DNA of 64,000 bases from Vicinamibacteria bacterium (GCA_963743245.1 CAVUPP010000013.1:406943-470942), one strand, 5' to 3'. Positions 48,963-60,139 are shown, numbered from the stretch's first letter. Numbers and translations are program-made. Notes: generated from the letters alone by a model not told the origin.

Positions 48963-50304
48963 CCGCCTGCGGGCGTTCTGTGGCTTCTACGTCGCGAGAG
49001 CCGACACGAAGCTCTTCAACCGCTCGTCACAAGTCGTACTCGTGCGAGACGGCGACAAGACGGTCCTCACGATGGCCAACGACTTCGAGGGCGACCTCAA
49101 GGAGTTCGCGATCGTGATTCCGGTGCCGACGTTCCTGCAGAAGGGACAGATTCATGTGGGCGACAAGTCGCTCGTGGATCATCTCGACGCCTACTCCTCG
49201 CCGCGGCTCGTGGAGTACTACGACGCGGATCCCTGCATCCAGTACGAAACAATGGCCGTGCCGGCGCCGATGGCGATGTCCAGGGCCGCCGGCAGCATGG
49301 CGCAGCGTCGCGCAGATGCGCTCGGCGTCAAGATCGAGGCGGCGTACACCGTCGGCGAGTACGACATCCTCATTCTGTCGGCGCAGCAGAGCACCGGCCT
49401 CGAGACCTGGCTGAAAGAGAGCGGCTATCGCATTCCGGACGGCGCGTCGGCGGTGCTCGCCAGCTACATCAAGCAGAACATGCGGTTCTTCGTCGCAAAG
49501 GTGAACCTGAGCGAGCAGTCGAAGCTCGGATACTCGTACCTGCGTCCCATTCAGGTCGCCTATGAATCACCGAAGTTCATGCTGCCAATCCGCCTCGGGA
49601 TGGTGAATGCCAACGGGCCGCAGGAGCTGTTCATCTATGCCCTGACGAAGAACGGCCGTGTCGAGACGACCAACTACCGCACCGTGAAGCTCCCGACCGG
49701 CATGGATGTGCCACTCTTCGTGAAAGAGGAATTCGGCGGATTCTACAAGGCGCTCTTCGCCGAACAGGTGCGCCGTGAAGACATGCACGCGGTGTTCACC
49801 GAGTATGCGTGGGACATGAGCTGGTGCGATCCCTGCGCGGCCGAACCGCTGTCGGCGTCGGAGTTGAAAGCGCTTGGCGTCTTCTGGCTCGGCGGTCCCG
49901 ACGACAACGGCCCGCAACCGGCAAGCCCGCAGGGCAGGATTCTGCCGCCGCGGCGGCCCATGCCTCCACAGGGCGTGAGTGCGTTCCTGACGCGCCTGCA
50001 CGTGCGCTACGACAACGCGCACTTCCCCGAGGACCTCGTGTTCCAGGAGACTGGCGATCGCGAGAACTTCCAGGGCCGCTACGTGCTGCGGCACGAGTGG
50101 TCAGGCTCTGGAAGCTGCGAAGCGGCAACAGCCTACCGCAAAGAGCTGCCGAAACGTCGTGAGCAGACGGCGCAGAGTCTCTCAACCCTCACGGGCTGGT
50201 CGCTGCCTGACATCCGGAAGAAGATGCACCTCAGTGCAGAGAACAAGACCGAGCCGCCGGCGCAGGAGAAGACCTGGTGGGAAAAACTCTGGGGAGGAAA
50301 GTAG
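48907..50304 (+). CDS. Secreted DUF2330 family protein
   Basis: Signal peptide then AFCGFYV, LDAYSSPRLVEY, VGEYDILILSA, WLKESGYRIP, FFVAKVN, MLPIRLG, TEYAWD..WCDPC, TRLH. Confidence 0.85.
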   Translation: MKRWISLLLVLVAALSFTDRLRAFCGFYVARADTKLFNRSSQVVLVRDGDKTVLTMANDFEGDLKEFAIVIPVPTFLQKGQIHVGDKSLVDHLDAYSSPRLVEYYDADPCIQYETMAVPAPMAMSRAAGSMAQRRADALGVKIEAAYTVGEYDILILSAQQSTGLETWLKESGYRIPDGASAVLASYIKQNMRFFVAKVNLSEQSKLGYSYLRPIQVAYESPKFMLPIRLGMVNANGPQELFIYALTKNGRVETTNYRTVKLPTGMDVPLFVKEEFGGFYKALFAEQVRREDMHAVFTEYAWDMSWCDPCAAEPLSASELKALGVFWLGGPDDNGPQPASPQGRILPPRRPMPPQGVSAFLTRLHVRYDNAHFPEDLVFQETGDRENFQGRYVLRHEWSGSGSCEAATAYRKELPKRREQTAQSLSTLTGWSLPDIRKKMHLSAENKTEPPAQEKTWWEKLWGGK

Positions 50305-50397
50305 AGGAATTCGGAGTTCGGAGTGCGGAATGCGATTGAAGTGCGGAAGTGCGGAAGGCGGAGTCGGCTCCGCACTCCGCACTTCGAATTCCGAACT
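50305..50397. repeat. Inverted heptamer arrays (CGGAGTG/CGGAATT family) between convergent genes
   Basis: GGAATTCGGAGTTCGGAGTGCGGAATGCG ... CTCCGCACTCCGCACTTCGAATTCCGAACT; same family as 9677-9725. Confidence 0.8.
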
Positions 50398-50398
50398 G

Positions 50399-50860
50399 TC
50401 ACCGTTTCGCGTAGATCTCCGTTTTCCCGTCCTTCGTGAACGACACGATGTCGTACGGCGGCTTCTGATCGCCGCGCTCCATCCCCGGCGATCCGACGGG
50501 CATCCCGGGAGCAGCGATCCCCGCGATGTGGGGGCGCTCGTCGAGCATCTTGACGATCAAATCGGCCGGGACATGTCCTTCGACCACATAGTGACCGACC
50601 CGCGCGGTATGGCAGGACCGGGCCGCCGCAGGCACACCGGCGTCGTCCTTGACCTGGACCATGTTTGCTTCGTCCTGGACATTGACCGTGAAGCCCGCGG
50701 CCTTGAGGTGCTCCACCCACTTCTTGCAGCACTCACACGTGGGTGATTTGTAGACGGTCACAGTTTCTTTGAGCGCAGCCTTCGTCGCGGTTTCGGCGAC
50801 GCGACCGGTTACCAGCATCAGCGCCAGCAGTCCCACGACAACCAATCTCGGTCTCAGCAT
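50399..50860 (-). CDS. DUF411 (CopG-like) periplasmic metal-binding protein
   Basis: VYKSPTCECCKKW, SCHTA, EGHVP, PGMPVGSPGME. Confidence 0.92.
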   Translation of the reverse strand: MLRPRLVVVGLLALMLVTGRVAETATKAALKETVTVYKSPTCECCKKWVEHLKAAGFTVNVQDEANMVQVKDDAGVPAAARSCHTARVGHYVVEGHVPADLIVKMLDERPHIAGIAAPGMPVGSPGMERGDQKPPYDIVSFTKDGKTEIYAKR

Positions 50861-50955
50861 GAAATCTCCCAGACTCTAACGATACCTGACCTTCAGCGGG
50901 CGGCTCAACCTGTTGAGGGTTGCCCGCTGCCTCCACCTGTGCGACAACTCTGGCC

Positions 50956-52490
50956 ATGCCGAACAGCCTTTTGAAGTGGATGGCGTGGGGAGCCGCCGGG
51001 CTCCTCCTGATTCTGGTCGCTGTCGTCCTGCTGGTCCGTTCGCTCGTGACACCGGAGCGCGTGAAATCAAGCCTCGAAGTCCAGGCAACTCGCGTGCTCG
51101 GCGCACCCGTAATGGTCGGGACGCTCGAAGTCGCCTGGTATCCGCGAGTGGGGTTGCGGCTCGAGAACGTCCGCATCGGCCAGCCGCAGCAACTTGGGAT
51201 CGGTGAGCTGCAAATCTCCGCCGGTCTAGCGGGGCTGCTCCGCCGTCGGGTGGATGACGCCGAAATCATCGTGCGGCGAAGCCAGGTGGACGTGCGGGCG
51301 CTCGTGGCGCTTGCGGCAAAGGCCGCCACACAGACGAGTGGAACGGCACCCGCCGGCGACAGCACGTCCTTCACCATCGCGTCGGTCCGTGCGATCCGTC
51401 TGGATGGCGTCACCCTGCAAGCGGGCTCGCACACCATCGTGGCGAGCGCCACGGCGGCACTGAGCGGGTCGACGCTCACGGTGCAGTCCCTCACAGCGAA
51501 GGCGCCGGGCACGGCCTTGTCGGCATCCGGAGCGGTCGTGCTCGAACCGGTCAGCGCCTCCCTTCGAATCGAAGCCGACGAGCTGGCGGTGGACGAGTTG
51601 ATGGCGTTCCTGTCGGAGGCGACCTCCGGCGCACCATCCGGCGGCCCTGCGAGTGCGTCAGCGCCCACGAGCGGGGGACCGCACATCACGGCCGACATTA
51701 CCGCCAAACGTGGACTGATGGCTGGCCTTCAGTTCGCAGACCTCACGACGCATGCCGTCGTGGACGATACGTCCGCCAGGCTGGACCCGTTGAAGGCGAC
51801 GCTGTTCGCGGGGAGGCTCGACGGCCGCGTGACGCGAGTGAGCTCCGCCGGTCCGGCCCGCGTGTCGCTGGCGGGATCGCTTGCTGGCGCGAACGCCAGC
51901 CAGATCCTGGCGTGGCTGGGCCAGCCTCGCGACACCATCACCGGGCGCCTTGGCGGGACCGTCCAGTTGTCGGCGACGGGCGATGCGGCCACGCCGCAGG
52001 CATGGCGGGGCACGGCGAATCTCGTGCTGACCGACGGCACGTTGAAGGGCCTCTCGGCCGTACGCCAGGCCGTTGTCGCTCTATCAGGCCGCCAGGCGGC
52101 GAGCTCGACCAACGCATCGACGCACTACGACCGGATCGGCGGCGTTTTTGGACTCGAGGGCAGCCACATCCGGTGCAGCGATCTGACGCTCCGCTCGCCG
52201 GACGCAGACCTGCATGGCGGCGGCACCATCGGCCTGCCGGATGGCGTGCTCGACGTGCGTGCGCAGATCGTGTTGTCGCAAGCGCTGTCGGCCGACGCCG
52301 GGCGGGATCTCTATCGATATGCGCACGAAGGCGACCGGGTCGTCCTTCCGGCCGTCGTCAAAGGCGCGATCGGCGCACCGTCGGTGTCGATTGACCTGAA
52401 AGAGGCCGCCAGCCGCGCGCTCCAGAACAAGGCGGAGGATGAAGCGAAGTCGCTCCTGAACCGGTTCCTGACAAGAAGAAGAAGCCCTGA
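50956..52490 (+). CDS. AsmA family protein (end inferred across a probable 1-nt deletion; the uncorrected ORF runs to 52542)
   Basis: N-terminal TM, PRVGLRLENVRI, beta-rich body, C-terminal LP..VKG...P.V..D; inserting one base gives ...DKKKKP-stop at 52490. Confidence 0.7.
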
Positions 52491-52496
52491 GCGCGG

Positions 52497-52835
52497 TCAG
52501 TGCATCATGGGCGGCGCCATCAGCCACCCACGCGTCAGGTAATCCATCAACGTGATCCCGAAGAGCATCCCCAGCCACACGATCGACGAAATCACCACCA
52601 GTTTCGTCAGCGTCGGGCTGTACTTCACGTGCATGAAGAACAGGACGACCAGCGTGGCCTTCAGTACTGCCACTGCCAGCGCGACGACGACGTTCAGATT
52701 GCCGAGGTCCACGAAGGCCACGGCCACCGTGATGACCGTGAGCACCATGAGCGCGCCGAAGACGCCGAAGTAAACGGACTTCGGGACGACGTGCTCTTCG
52801 TATTCCGGGTACTCGAAAGGATGAGGGGCGTCCAT
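52497..52835 (-). CDS. ctaF: Cytochrome c oxidase subunit IV
   Basis: YFGVFGALMVLT, KATLVVLFFMHVKY. Confidence 0.9.
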   Translation of the reverse strand: MDAPHPFEYPEYEEHVVPKSVYFGVFGALMVLTVITVAVAFVDLGNLNVVVALAVAVLKATLVVLFFMHVKYSPTLTKLVVISSIVWLGMLFGITLMDYLTRGWLMAPPMMH

Positions 52836-52838
52836 GGC

Positions 52839-53558
52839 TCAGTGATGGCGGTTGACGAGATACAAGAGCGGGAACAGGAAGATCCAGATGATGTCGACGA
52901 AGTGCCAGTAGAGGCCGAACATCTCGACGGGCGTATACCACTGCGGCGTGAACGCGCCCTTGCGCGCCATGTTCATGATGGCGAGCAGAAGGGCGATGCC
53001 GATGATCATGTGCAGCGCGTGCATGCCCGTCAGCGCGAAGTACAGCACCATGAAGATCCGGATCTGGTTCGCGATGGGAGCGAGCTCGCCATCCACATAG
53101 AACCAGCCGACGGCCGGGAACAGGCGTATCTGTGCCACGGCGTGGTGCGCCTCGTGGAGGTGGAACTTCGCTTCGTACTCGAAGTACTTGATCACCAGGA
53201 AGACCACGCCGAGGACGAGCGTGGCGGCAAGGAACCCGACGATCTGTCCCTGCTTGCCTTCCTGTGCGGAGTGGACGGCCATCGCCACCGTCAGTGACGA
53301 GGCAATCAGCACCGCCGTGTTGATGCCGCCGAGCGTCAGATCGAGCTCGTTGCTCGCGGCGGCATAGCCCGCGGGGTACCACATCCGGTAGATGAGGTAC
53401 GCCGTGAACATGCCCCCGAAGAACATGATCTCCTGGGCGATGAACACCCACATGCCCAGGCTGGCCGCGGCCTTCTGCTGTCCGAGCGTGTCGAAATGAT
53501 GGCGCAGCCGGGGGTGATGCGCGTGCGCGCCCGGTTCCACGATTGCCGCTTCAGGCAA
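52839..53558 (-). CDS. ctaE: Cytochrome c oxidase subunit III
   Basis: [37 protein letters not shown]. Confidence 0.95.
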   Translation of the reverse strand: MPEAAIVEPGAHAHHPRLRHHFDTLGQQKAAASLGMWVFIAQEIMFFGGMFTAYLIYRMWYPAGYAAASNELDLTLGGINTAVLIASSLTVAMAVHSAQEGKQGQIVGFLAATLVLGVVFLVIKYFEYEAKFHLHEAHHAVAQIRLFPAVGWFYVDGELAPIANQIRIFMVLYFALTGMHALHMIIGIALLLAIMNMARKGAFTPQWYTPVEMFGLYWHFVDIIWIFLFPLLYLVNRHH

Positions 53559-55200
53559 CTTTGACCTCCTGGTGCGGCGCGTAGCTGTGCGTCTCGTCGG
53601 TCACGATGGGCACCCGATCGAAGTTGAAGGTCGGCGGCGGAGACGTCGTCTCCCACTCGAGTCCCTTCACATTGAACGGATTGTCTCCCGCGACCTTCCC
53701 GTACTTCAGCGACCAGAGCAGATAGACCATCGGGAACACATAGGCGACACCGAGGATCGTGGCGCCGGCCGTCGACAGCACGTTGAATACCTGGAACTCG
53801 GGCGGATACATTGCGTAGCGGCGCGGCATGCCCTGGTAGCCCAGGATGAACTGCGGGAAGAACGTCAGGTTGAACCCGACGAACACCAGCAGCGCGCTCA
53901 GCTTCGACCATCCCTCGGGATACATGCGGCCCGTCATTTTCGGCCACCAGTAGTGAATCCCGCCGAGGTACGCCATCAGCGTGCCGCCCACCATGATGTA
54001 GTGGAAGTGCGCCACGACGAAGTAGGTGTCGGTGACGTGAATGTCGAGGCCCACGGCGGCGAGGAACAGGCCCGTCAGTCCGCCGACCAGGAAGAGGCCG
54101 ATGAAGCCGAAAGCGTAGAGCATCGGCGTCTCGTAGGAGATTGAGCCTTTGTAGAGCGTCGCGGTCCAGTTGAACGTCTTGACCGCCGAAGGCACACCGA
54201 CCAGGTAGGTCAGGATCGAGAAGACGAGCGCCGAGTACGGCGTCTCCCCCGCCACGAACAGGTGGTGGCCCCAGACCAGGAAGCCAATCACCGCGATCGC
54301 AAGGCTCGAGAACGCGATGAAGCTGTAGCCGAAGATGTTCTTCCGCGAGAACGCGGCAACGATCTCGCTGATGATGCCCATGCCGGGCAGCACCATGATG
54401 TAGACGGCGGGATGCGAGTAGAACCAGAACAGGTGCTGGAAGAGTACCGGGTCGCCGCCGATCGTCGAGTCGAAGATGCCGACGCGCAGGACACGCTCGA
54501 ACGCCAGGAGCAGAATCGTGATGGCGACCACGGGCGTGCCGAGGATCATGATGAGGCTGGTCGCGTAGTGCGCCCAGACGAAGAGCGGCAGCCGGAACCA
54601 CGTCATCCCCGGTGCCCGCATGCGGTGGACCGTGACGATGAAGTTGAGGCCGGTCAGGATCGACGAGAAGCCGGAGATGAAGACGCCGAGCGCGCCCGTG
54701 AGGACACGCGAGTTCGACGACATCGAGCTGTACGGCGCGTAGAAGGTCCACCCGGTGTCAACGCCCCCGCCGACGAGGGCCGCCAGCGCGAAACACCCGC
54801 CGATGACGTAGATGTACCAGCTGAGCAGGTTGATCCTGGGGAACGCCAGATCCTTCGCGCCGATCATGATCGGCAGCATGAAATTGCCGAGCGTCGCCGG
54901 AATCGACGGGATCAGGAAGAAAAACACCATGATCACGCCGTGCATCGTGAACACGCGGTTGTAGACGTCCGGGGTCATCAGGTCGCTGGCCGGCGTCAGC
55001 AGCTCGAGCCGGATCAGCAGCGCGAAGAATCCACCGAGGAAGAAGAACACCGTAATCGAGAGCAGGTACAGCAACCCGATCCGCTTGTGATCGGTCGTGA
55101 GAAGCCAGGACTGCCAGCCACCCGACTCGTTCAGGTAGTGGCGCGCCGGCATGACTGCATGCGTCGCTCTGGATGGGGCAGGGGAGGATTCGGGAGTCAT
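53551..55200 (-). CDS. ctaD: Cytochrome c oxidase subunit I, A2-type
   Basis: [26 protein letters not shown] (YS, A2 signature), VWGHH, VAHFHY, GMPRRY. Confidence 0.97.
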   Translation of the reverse strand: MTPESSPAPSRATHAVMPARHYLNESGGWQSWLLTTDHKRIGLLYLLSITVFFFLGGFFALLIRLELLTPASDLMTPDVYNRVFTMHGVIMVFFFLIPSIPATLGNFMLPIMIGAKDLAFPRINLLSWYIYVIGGCFALAALVGGGVDTGWTFYAPYSSMSSNSRVLTGALGVFISGFSSILTGLNFIVTVHRMRAPGMTWFRLPLFVWAHYATSLIMILGTPVVAITILLLAFERVLRVGIFDSTIGGDPVLFQHLFWFYSHPAVYIMVLPGMGIISEIVAAFSRKNIFGYSFIAFSSLAIAVIGFLVWGHHLFVAGETPYSALVFSILTYLVGVPSAVKTFNWTATLYKGSISYETPMLYAFGFIGLFLVGGLTGLFLAAVGLDIHVTDTYFVVAHFHYIMVGGTLMAYLGGIHYWWPKMTGRMYPEGWSKLSALLVFVGFNLTFFPQFILGYQGMPRRYAMYPPEFQVFNVLSTAGATILGVAYVFPMVYLLWSLKYGKVAGDNPFNVKGLEWETTSPPPTFNFDRVPIVTDETHSYAPHQEVKVA

Positions 55201-55212
55201 CTCATTTCACCG

Positions 55213-56250
55213 CTAGGGCTTGGATTCGGGCTGCGGGCCGGGTGTCTGCGGCTTCATCTGCAGGACTGGCGGCGCCTGCGGCGCGGGCTCGGCCGACGTG
55301 CCCACGCCAGGGGCGCTCTTGCCCGCCGGCAGCGCCTTGATGAACTCGGTCAACGAGAGCAGCTGTTCCTCGCTCACCTGACCTTGGAACGTCGGCATGA
55401 TCGGCGCGAAGCCTGACACGACCTTCGCGGTCGGATTCAGGATCGACTCGCGGATGTACGCCTCGTCCGCGGTCAACGTCTCTCCGCTCGCGAGGTGGAC
55501 GGTCGAGCCGAAGAGGCCGTTCAGGAGTGGGCCGCGCTGCGTGTCGCCGCCCATGTGACAGGTGACACACGCGAGCTGCGTGAACAGCTTCTCGCCGCGC
55601 TGCGCGAGCGTGCCTTCGGTGGCGCCGCCAGACAGCCACGCGCTGTAGTCCTCGGGCGTCATCACGACCACGGTGCCGGTCATCGCGGAGTGCCGCGTGC
55701 CGCAATACTCCGCACAGAAGATGTGGTACGTGCCCGGCTTCGTCGCGTTGAACCACACCTGGGTGTAGCGCCCGGGGATCGCGTCTGTCTTCACGCGGAA
55801 CGACGGGAAATAGAGATCGTGCAGCACGTCCTCGGACGTGATGATCATCCGGACCGGCGTGTTGGCCGGCACGTGCAGCATGTTGATTTCGCGCTGCCCC
55901 TCGCGGTGCTGGAACTTCCACATCCACTGCTTCCCGACGGCGTAGATGTCGAGCGTCTCGGCCGGCGGACGCACGATGGCGAAGTAGACGCTGGCGCCCC
56001 ACACGAACATCACCATCGCCAGGATGAACGGAATGCCGGTCCAGATCAGTTCGAGCGCGAGCGAACCATGGATCGGAACGCCGACCTCGTCCTCCGAGCG
56101 GCGCCGGTACTTGATTGCGAAGACGATGACGGCCGCCGTCACGATCACGGCGAAGAATGCCGAGACCGCAATCAGGAAGAAATACAGGTTGTCCACGCGC
56201 GGGGCCAGCGTGGAGGCCTGATCCGGGAAGAGTTGAAATCCGGGCTGCAT
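55213..56250 (-). CDS. ctaC: Cytochrome c oxidase subunit II with fused cytochrome c (caa3)
   Basis: KQWMW, DVLH, CuA motif CAEYCGTRHSAM, heme c CVTCH, YIRESI..P. Confidence 0.95.
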   Translation of the reverse strand: MQPGFQLFPDQASTLAPRVDNLYFFLIAVSAFFAVIVTAAVIVFAIKYRRRSEDEVGVPIHGSLALELIWTGIPFILAMVMFVWGASVYFAIVRPPAETLDIYAVGKQWMWKFQHREGQREINMLHVPANTPVRMIITSEDVLHDLYFPSFRVKTDAIPGRYTQVWFNATKPGTYHIFCAEYCGTRHSAMTGTVVVMTPEDYSAWLSGGATEGTLAQRGEKLFTQLACVTCHMGGDTQRGPLLNGLFGSTVHLASGETLTADEAYIRESILNPTAKVVSGFAPIMPTFQGQVSEEQLLSLTEFIKALPAGKSAPGVGTSAEPAPQAPPVLQMKPQTPGPQPESKP

Positions 56251-56314
56251 CGGTGTCAGAAAACGCGCTCGGCCGATTGACGAATGACGACGGGTGACCT
56301 CGAAGACAACATGT

Positions 56315-57185
56315 TCAGGCCCGGCCCAACGGCCGGCGCTCCCGGCGTCGCAACACGACAATGCCGGCCAGGATGGCGACGACCGTGAGGAGGCCGGCGC
56401 CACGGACCAGGCGCATGATCGTGAACGTGTACCGCGCCTTCGCCGGGTCGTAGTGGAAACAGAAGAGCGGGAGCTGGTCCACGAGCGAGCCGATCCGGCG
56501 GTCAGAGGCTTCGATCAACGCCAGCTGCACGTCGCGCGGCGCGTACTCGATGCCGAAGAAGTACCGCGACAGCTCGCCGTCAGGCGTGAGCACCATGATG
56601 CCGCTCGCGTGCGCGTACTGATCCACGCTCGGGTTGTAGGCATACCGGAATCCCACGCGGCCCGTGAGCGACTCGATCGAGTGCTGCGTGCCCGTCAGGA
56701 AGTGCCATCCGCTGCCGGCCCCCTCCCGCTTGTAGCGTTCGAGATAGCTGGCCTTCTTCGCCTGCGCGAGGTCGGGCGTTTCCTTTGGATTGAAGCTCAC
56801 GGTGACGATGTCGAAGTCCTGTCCGACGTTGAACTTCAACACCCCAATCGTGCTCGTCAGTCCGTTCAGGACCTGCGTGCAGAGCATCGGACATTCGTAG
56901 TAGACGAGCGTCAGGATGACCGGCCGCTTGCCGAAGTAGTCGCCCAGCTTGACGCTGCGCCCCTGCTCGTCGGTGAACGGCAGCTCGAGCGGGAGCTTCG
57001 TGCCGAGTTTCTGGTCGATGCCGACGTCCATCAGCAGCGCCGGCAGGCGGTTCGCCGGCGGCTGAGACGCATCCTGCCGTTCGTACATCGACGGTCCGTT
57101 GATCTGGGCGGCGGCGCGGGCACACCGCGAGCGCGCTCAACATCACCGTCATCAACGCCGCGCTGGACCAGGCACGTGGGAACAT
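56315..57185 (-). CDS. SCO1/SenC family protein (frameshift near 57115)
   Basis: VGIDQKLG, YYECPMLC, SFNP, YAHAS, SRYFFG; signal peptide in ORF 56580-57185. Confidence 0.9.
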
Positions 57186-57187
57186 TT

Positions 57188-57259
57188 CAGTCTTCAGTCT
57201 ACGGTCTACGGTCTACGGTCTACGAACTACGGTCTACGAACTACGAACTGCACGAACTA
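57188..57259. repeat. Heptamer tandem array (about 10 units of CGGTCTA/CGAACTA) inside the respiratory operon
   Basis: CAGTCTT CAGTCTA (CGGTCTA)3 CGAACTA CGGTCTA CGAACTA CGAACTG..CGAACTA. Confidence 0.9.
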
Positions 57260-57687
57260 CTTGGGCGCCGCACGGCGCCTCACCCTCGTGACGGTACGGC
57301 AGTCCTTGTGCGGCGACGACTTCAATCGCTCGCGCGATTGGCAGCCGCACCGTGCCCGCGTTCTTGTCCACCCACTCATAGGTGGTCAACAGCCGCTCTT
57401 CCTCGCGCCGCATATCGCGCAGGTCACGGAACGGATAGTTCTGCAAGCGTGGCGGCGGCGGCAGCGGCACGCGCCTGACCGACAGCGAGCGGATACCTCG
57501 CTGTCTTCTCCGCGGCCTCACGCCGCTCGAGGAAGTTGTAGAACAGCGCGATGACACCCATCGTGACGATCGTCAGGACGGTCAGGAACACGAGGAACCG
57601 CAGAATCGGTCCGGCTTCGGCATCGGACAGCTCGTGGCCGGCAGCCAGCGTCTCTTCCTTCGTCGGCGCGTGTGTCGGGTGCGACAT
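57257..57687 (-). CDS. Single-TM hypothetical protein of the ACIII operon (ActG-like; frameshifts)
   Basis: GHELSD, TM segment, PPPPRLQ..P, LTTYEWVDKNAGTVRLPIARA; pieces in ORFs 57424-57687 and 57234-57557. Confidence 0.65.
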
Positions 57688-57688
57688 G

Positions 57689-58913
57689 TCAGTGCCCGTG
57701 TCTCCCGTGCTCGAGCGCTTCGGCGAGATACGGCTCGCCGAGCGGCAGCAGGCTTCGGGTCTGCAGCTGCCAGAGGAAAATGGCGACCCAGATGCCGCCG
57801 ACGGCGATCGGCGCCACGGCGTCGAGCCAGTGCAGGTGCAGGATCGCGGGCTGCCCCACGTAATGACCCGCCTCGGCCGGATCGTTGTGTCCGAGCGGTC
57901 CGATCAACCAGAACAGATCGACGAGCCGCATCACGATCACCGCCAGCGCCACGGCGATGAGCGTGCGGCCGTTCCGCTTCAGGTCGCGCGAGAGCAGCAG
58001 GACGAACGGCAGCGCGAAGTGCAGGAAGATCAGGCCAAGGCCCACGTAGCCCCAGCCGCCGCCCATGCGCTTCAAGTACCAGGGAATCTCTTCGGGCAGA
58101 TTCGCCGACCAGATGATCAGGAACTGCGAGAACGAGAAGTAGGCCCAGAGCATGACGAAGGCGAGCATCAGCTTGCCGAGATCGTGCAGGTGTGCGGGCG
58201 CGATCACCCGGGACATCGGTTCGGTACGCGACAACAGCACGATCACCGCGATCGTGAACGCCATGGCCGACAGGCCCTGGCCGCCCATGAACAGGATCCC
58301 GTAGATCGTCGAGAACCAGTGCGGGTCGAGCGACATGATCCAATCCACCGACATGAAGAGCACGGTCAGGGCGTAGAGCACGAGTCCGCCGCCGCTCAGG
58401 CGCTGCATCTTGAGCGCCTGCCCGCGCTCGCCGCTCTCCTGATCCAGCGACAGCTTCGAGATCAGGAACGCGAGAGAGCTCCAGATCGTGAAGTAGATGG
58501 CCGTCCGCAGGATGAAGAAGGGTACGTTCAGGTACGGCGCCTTGTGCTGCAGTACGGCATCGTGCGCGACGACATCCGGGTTCGCCCAGATGTAGAGCTC
58601 GTGCGCGCCGAACACGATCGGCACGAAGAGAATCGCCATGAACGGCAGCACGCGGCTCGACGCCTCGTTCACGCGCCGGATCACGACCGCCCACGCGCCG
58701 CCAGAGAGGTGACCGACCATCATGAGCGCCAGCGATCCCAGCGAGACGCCGACCCAGAACACGTACGCCAGCAGATAGGACTTGAAGAACTGTTCGCGTC
58801 CGGCCGCGAAGCCGACCGCGCACAAGCGCGAGTCCGGCGACACCGACGCCGAGCGCGAGGCGCTGCACGCCGGCGATGCGGGAGGGAGCGGCGTAACTGA
58901 CGACCTGGTTCAT
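57689..58913 (-). CDS. actF: Alternative complex III subunit F (frameshift near 58835)
   Basis: SYLLAY..W, HLSGGAW, YLNVPFF, DWIMSLDPHWFST, HDLGKL, WAYFSFSQFLIIWSANLPEE. Confidence 0.9.
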
Positions 58914-58937
58914 GTCGATGTGCCGTCTTCGATGCCG

Positions 58938-59598
58938 TTAGTGGCTGCCGTGCTCGCCCGCCGGCCGGGTCTCTGTGGACGGCCGGATGATCGAGCGTCG
59001 TGCGCAGCGCCTCTGGAACGTCGGCCAGCGGCGCCCGCTGGCTGTACTGGAGCGTCCGGATGTACGCGGCAATCGCCCAGCGATCCTCAGGCGCCACCTG
59101 CGCCTTGTAGTCGGGCATCGCGCCGAACCCGTTGGTCATGACGTCGTACCAGTAACCGACCGCCTGGTTGCGAATCTTCTCGTCGTGGAATGACGGCGGT
59201 GGGCGATAGCCGCGCTGCACGACCATTCCGTTGCCCAGACCGAGCCGGCCGTGGCACGGCGAGCAGTAGATGTTGAATCGCTGCTGGCCGCGCTCGAGGA
59301 CCGCCTTCGTCACCGGGAACGGGAACTCGTTGGCGAACTGACCGTTCACCTTCCCGGTGAACATCAGATCGTCGTCTTGCAGGAAGCCGCGAGGCACCGT
59401 GCCTTCGGGCAGCGGACGAGTGCCGCGGCGATCGGCGAAGAAGTCGGCCTCGCGGTACGCCTTGACCTTGGGCTGATCGTGCATGTCCTGCCGGCACGCG
59501 GCTCCGCCGACCGAGGCCAGAAGGCCGAGGGCGAAGAGCACGGGCATCGCGGCCTCCCGCGATCGCCGGCCCCGCAGCACGCCCGTCCTACGACGCAA
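58938..59598 (-). CDS. actE: Alternative complex III subunit E, monoheme cytochrome c lipoprotein (C-terminal indel)
   Basis: [12 protein letters not shown] lipobox, [33 protein letters not shown]. Confidence 0.9.
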
Positions 59599-60138
59599 TG
59601 TCGGATACCCCCACTGGATGCAGGCTGCGCAGGAACTCGCGTGTGCCCTGCAGCTCGAACTTCCTGTCCGACGCCTCGATGGTCAGGAAGAACTTGTCGG
59701 CTCGTCGCGCCTTCGAAGGCCGGCACGTTGAACACCGGGTGATACGGCATCGGCAGCCCGTTCAGGGCGATCATGCCGACCACGGCACCGAACGCCGCGA
59801 ACAGGATCGTCGTTTCGTAGGCGGGCACGATGAAGGCCGGCAGCGAGTGGAACGGGCGTCCGCCGATGTTCAGCGGATAGGCGATGACCGACGCCCAGTA
59901 CTCGAGCCCGTAGCCCGCGGCCAGGCCCGTCAATCCGCCAATGAGCGTGGTCAGCGGCACGCGGTTGCGCGGCAGCTTCAACGCCTCGTTGAGCTCCTCG
60001 ATCGGGAACGGCGAGAAGGCGTCGACCTTCCTGTAACCCGCCTCGCGCGTCTTCCGCGCGGCGGCCACGAGCGCCGTCGCCGACTCGAACTCGGCCATCA
60101 GGCCGAACAACGGATCGGCAAGAGCCAGAGCTGGCCAT
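59588..60138 (-). CDS. actD: Alternative complex III subunit D (DUF3341; frameshifts)
   Basis: [41 protein letters not shown]. Confidence 0.9.
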
Positions 60139-60139
60139 A

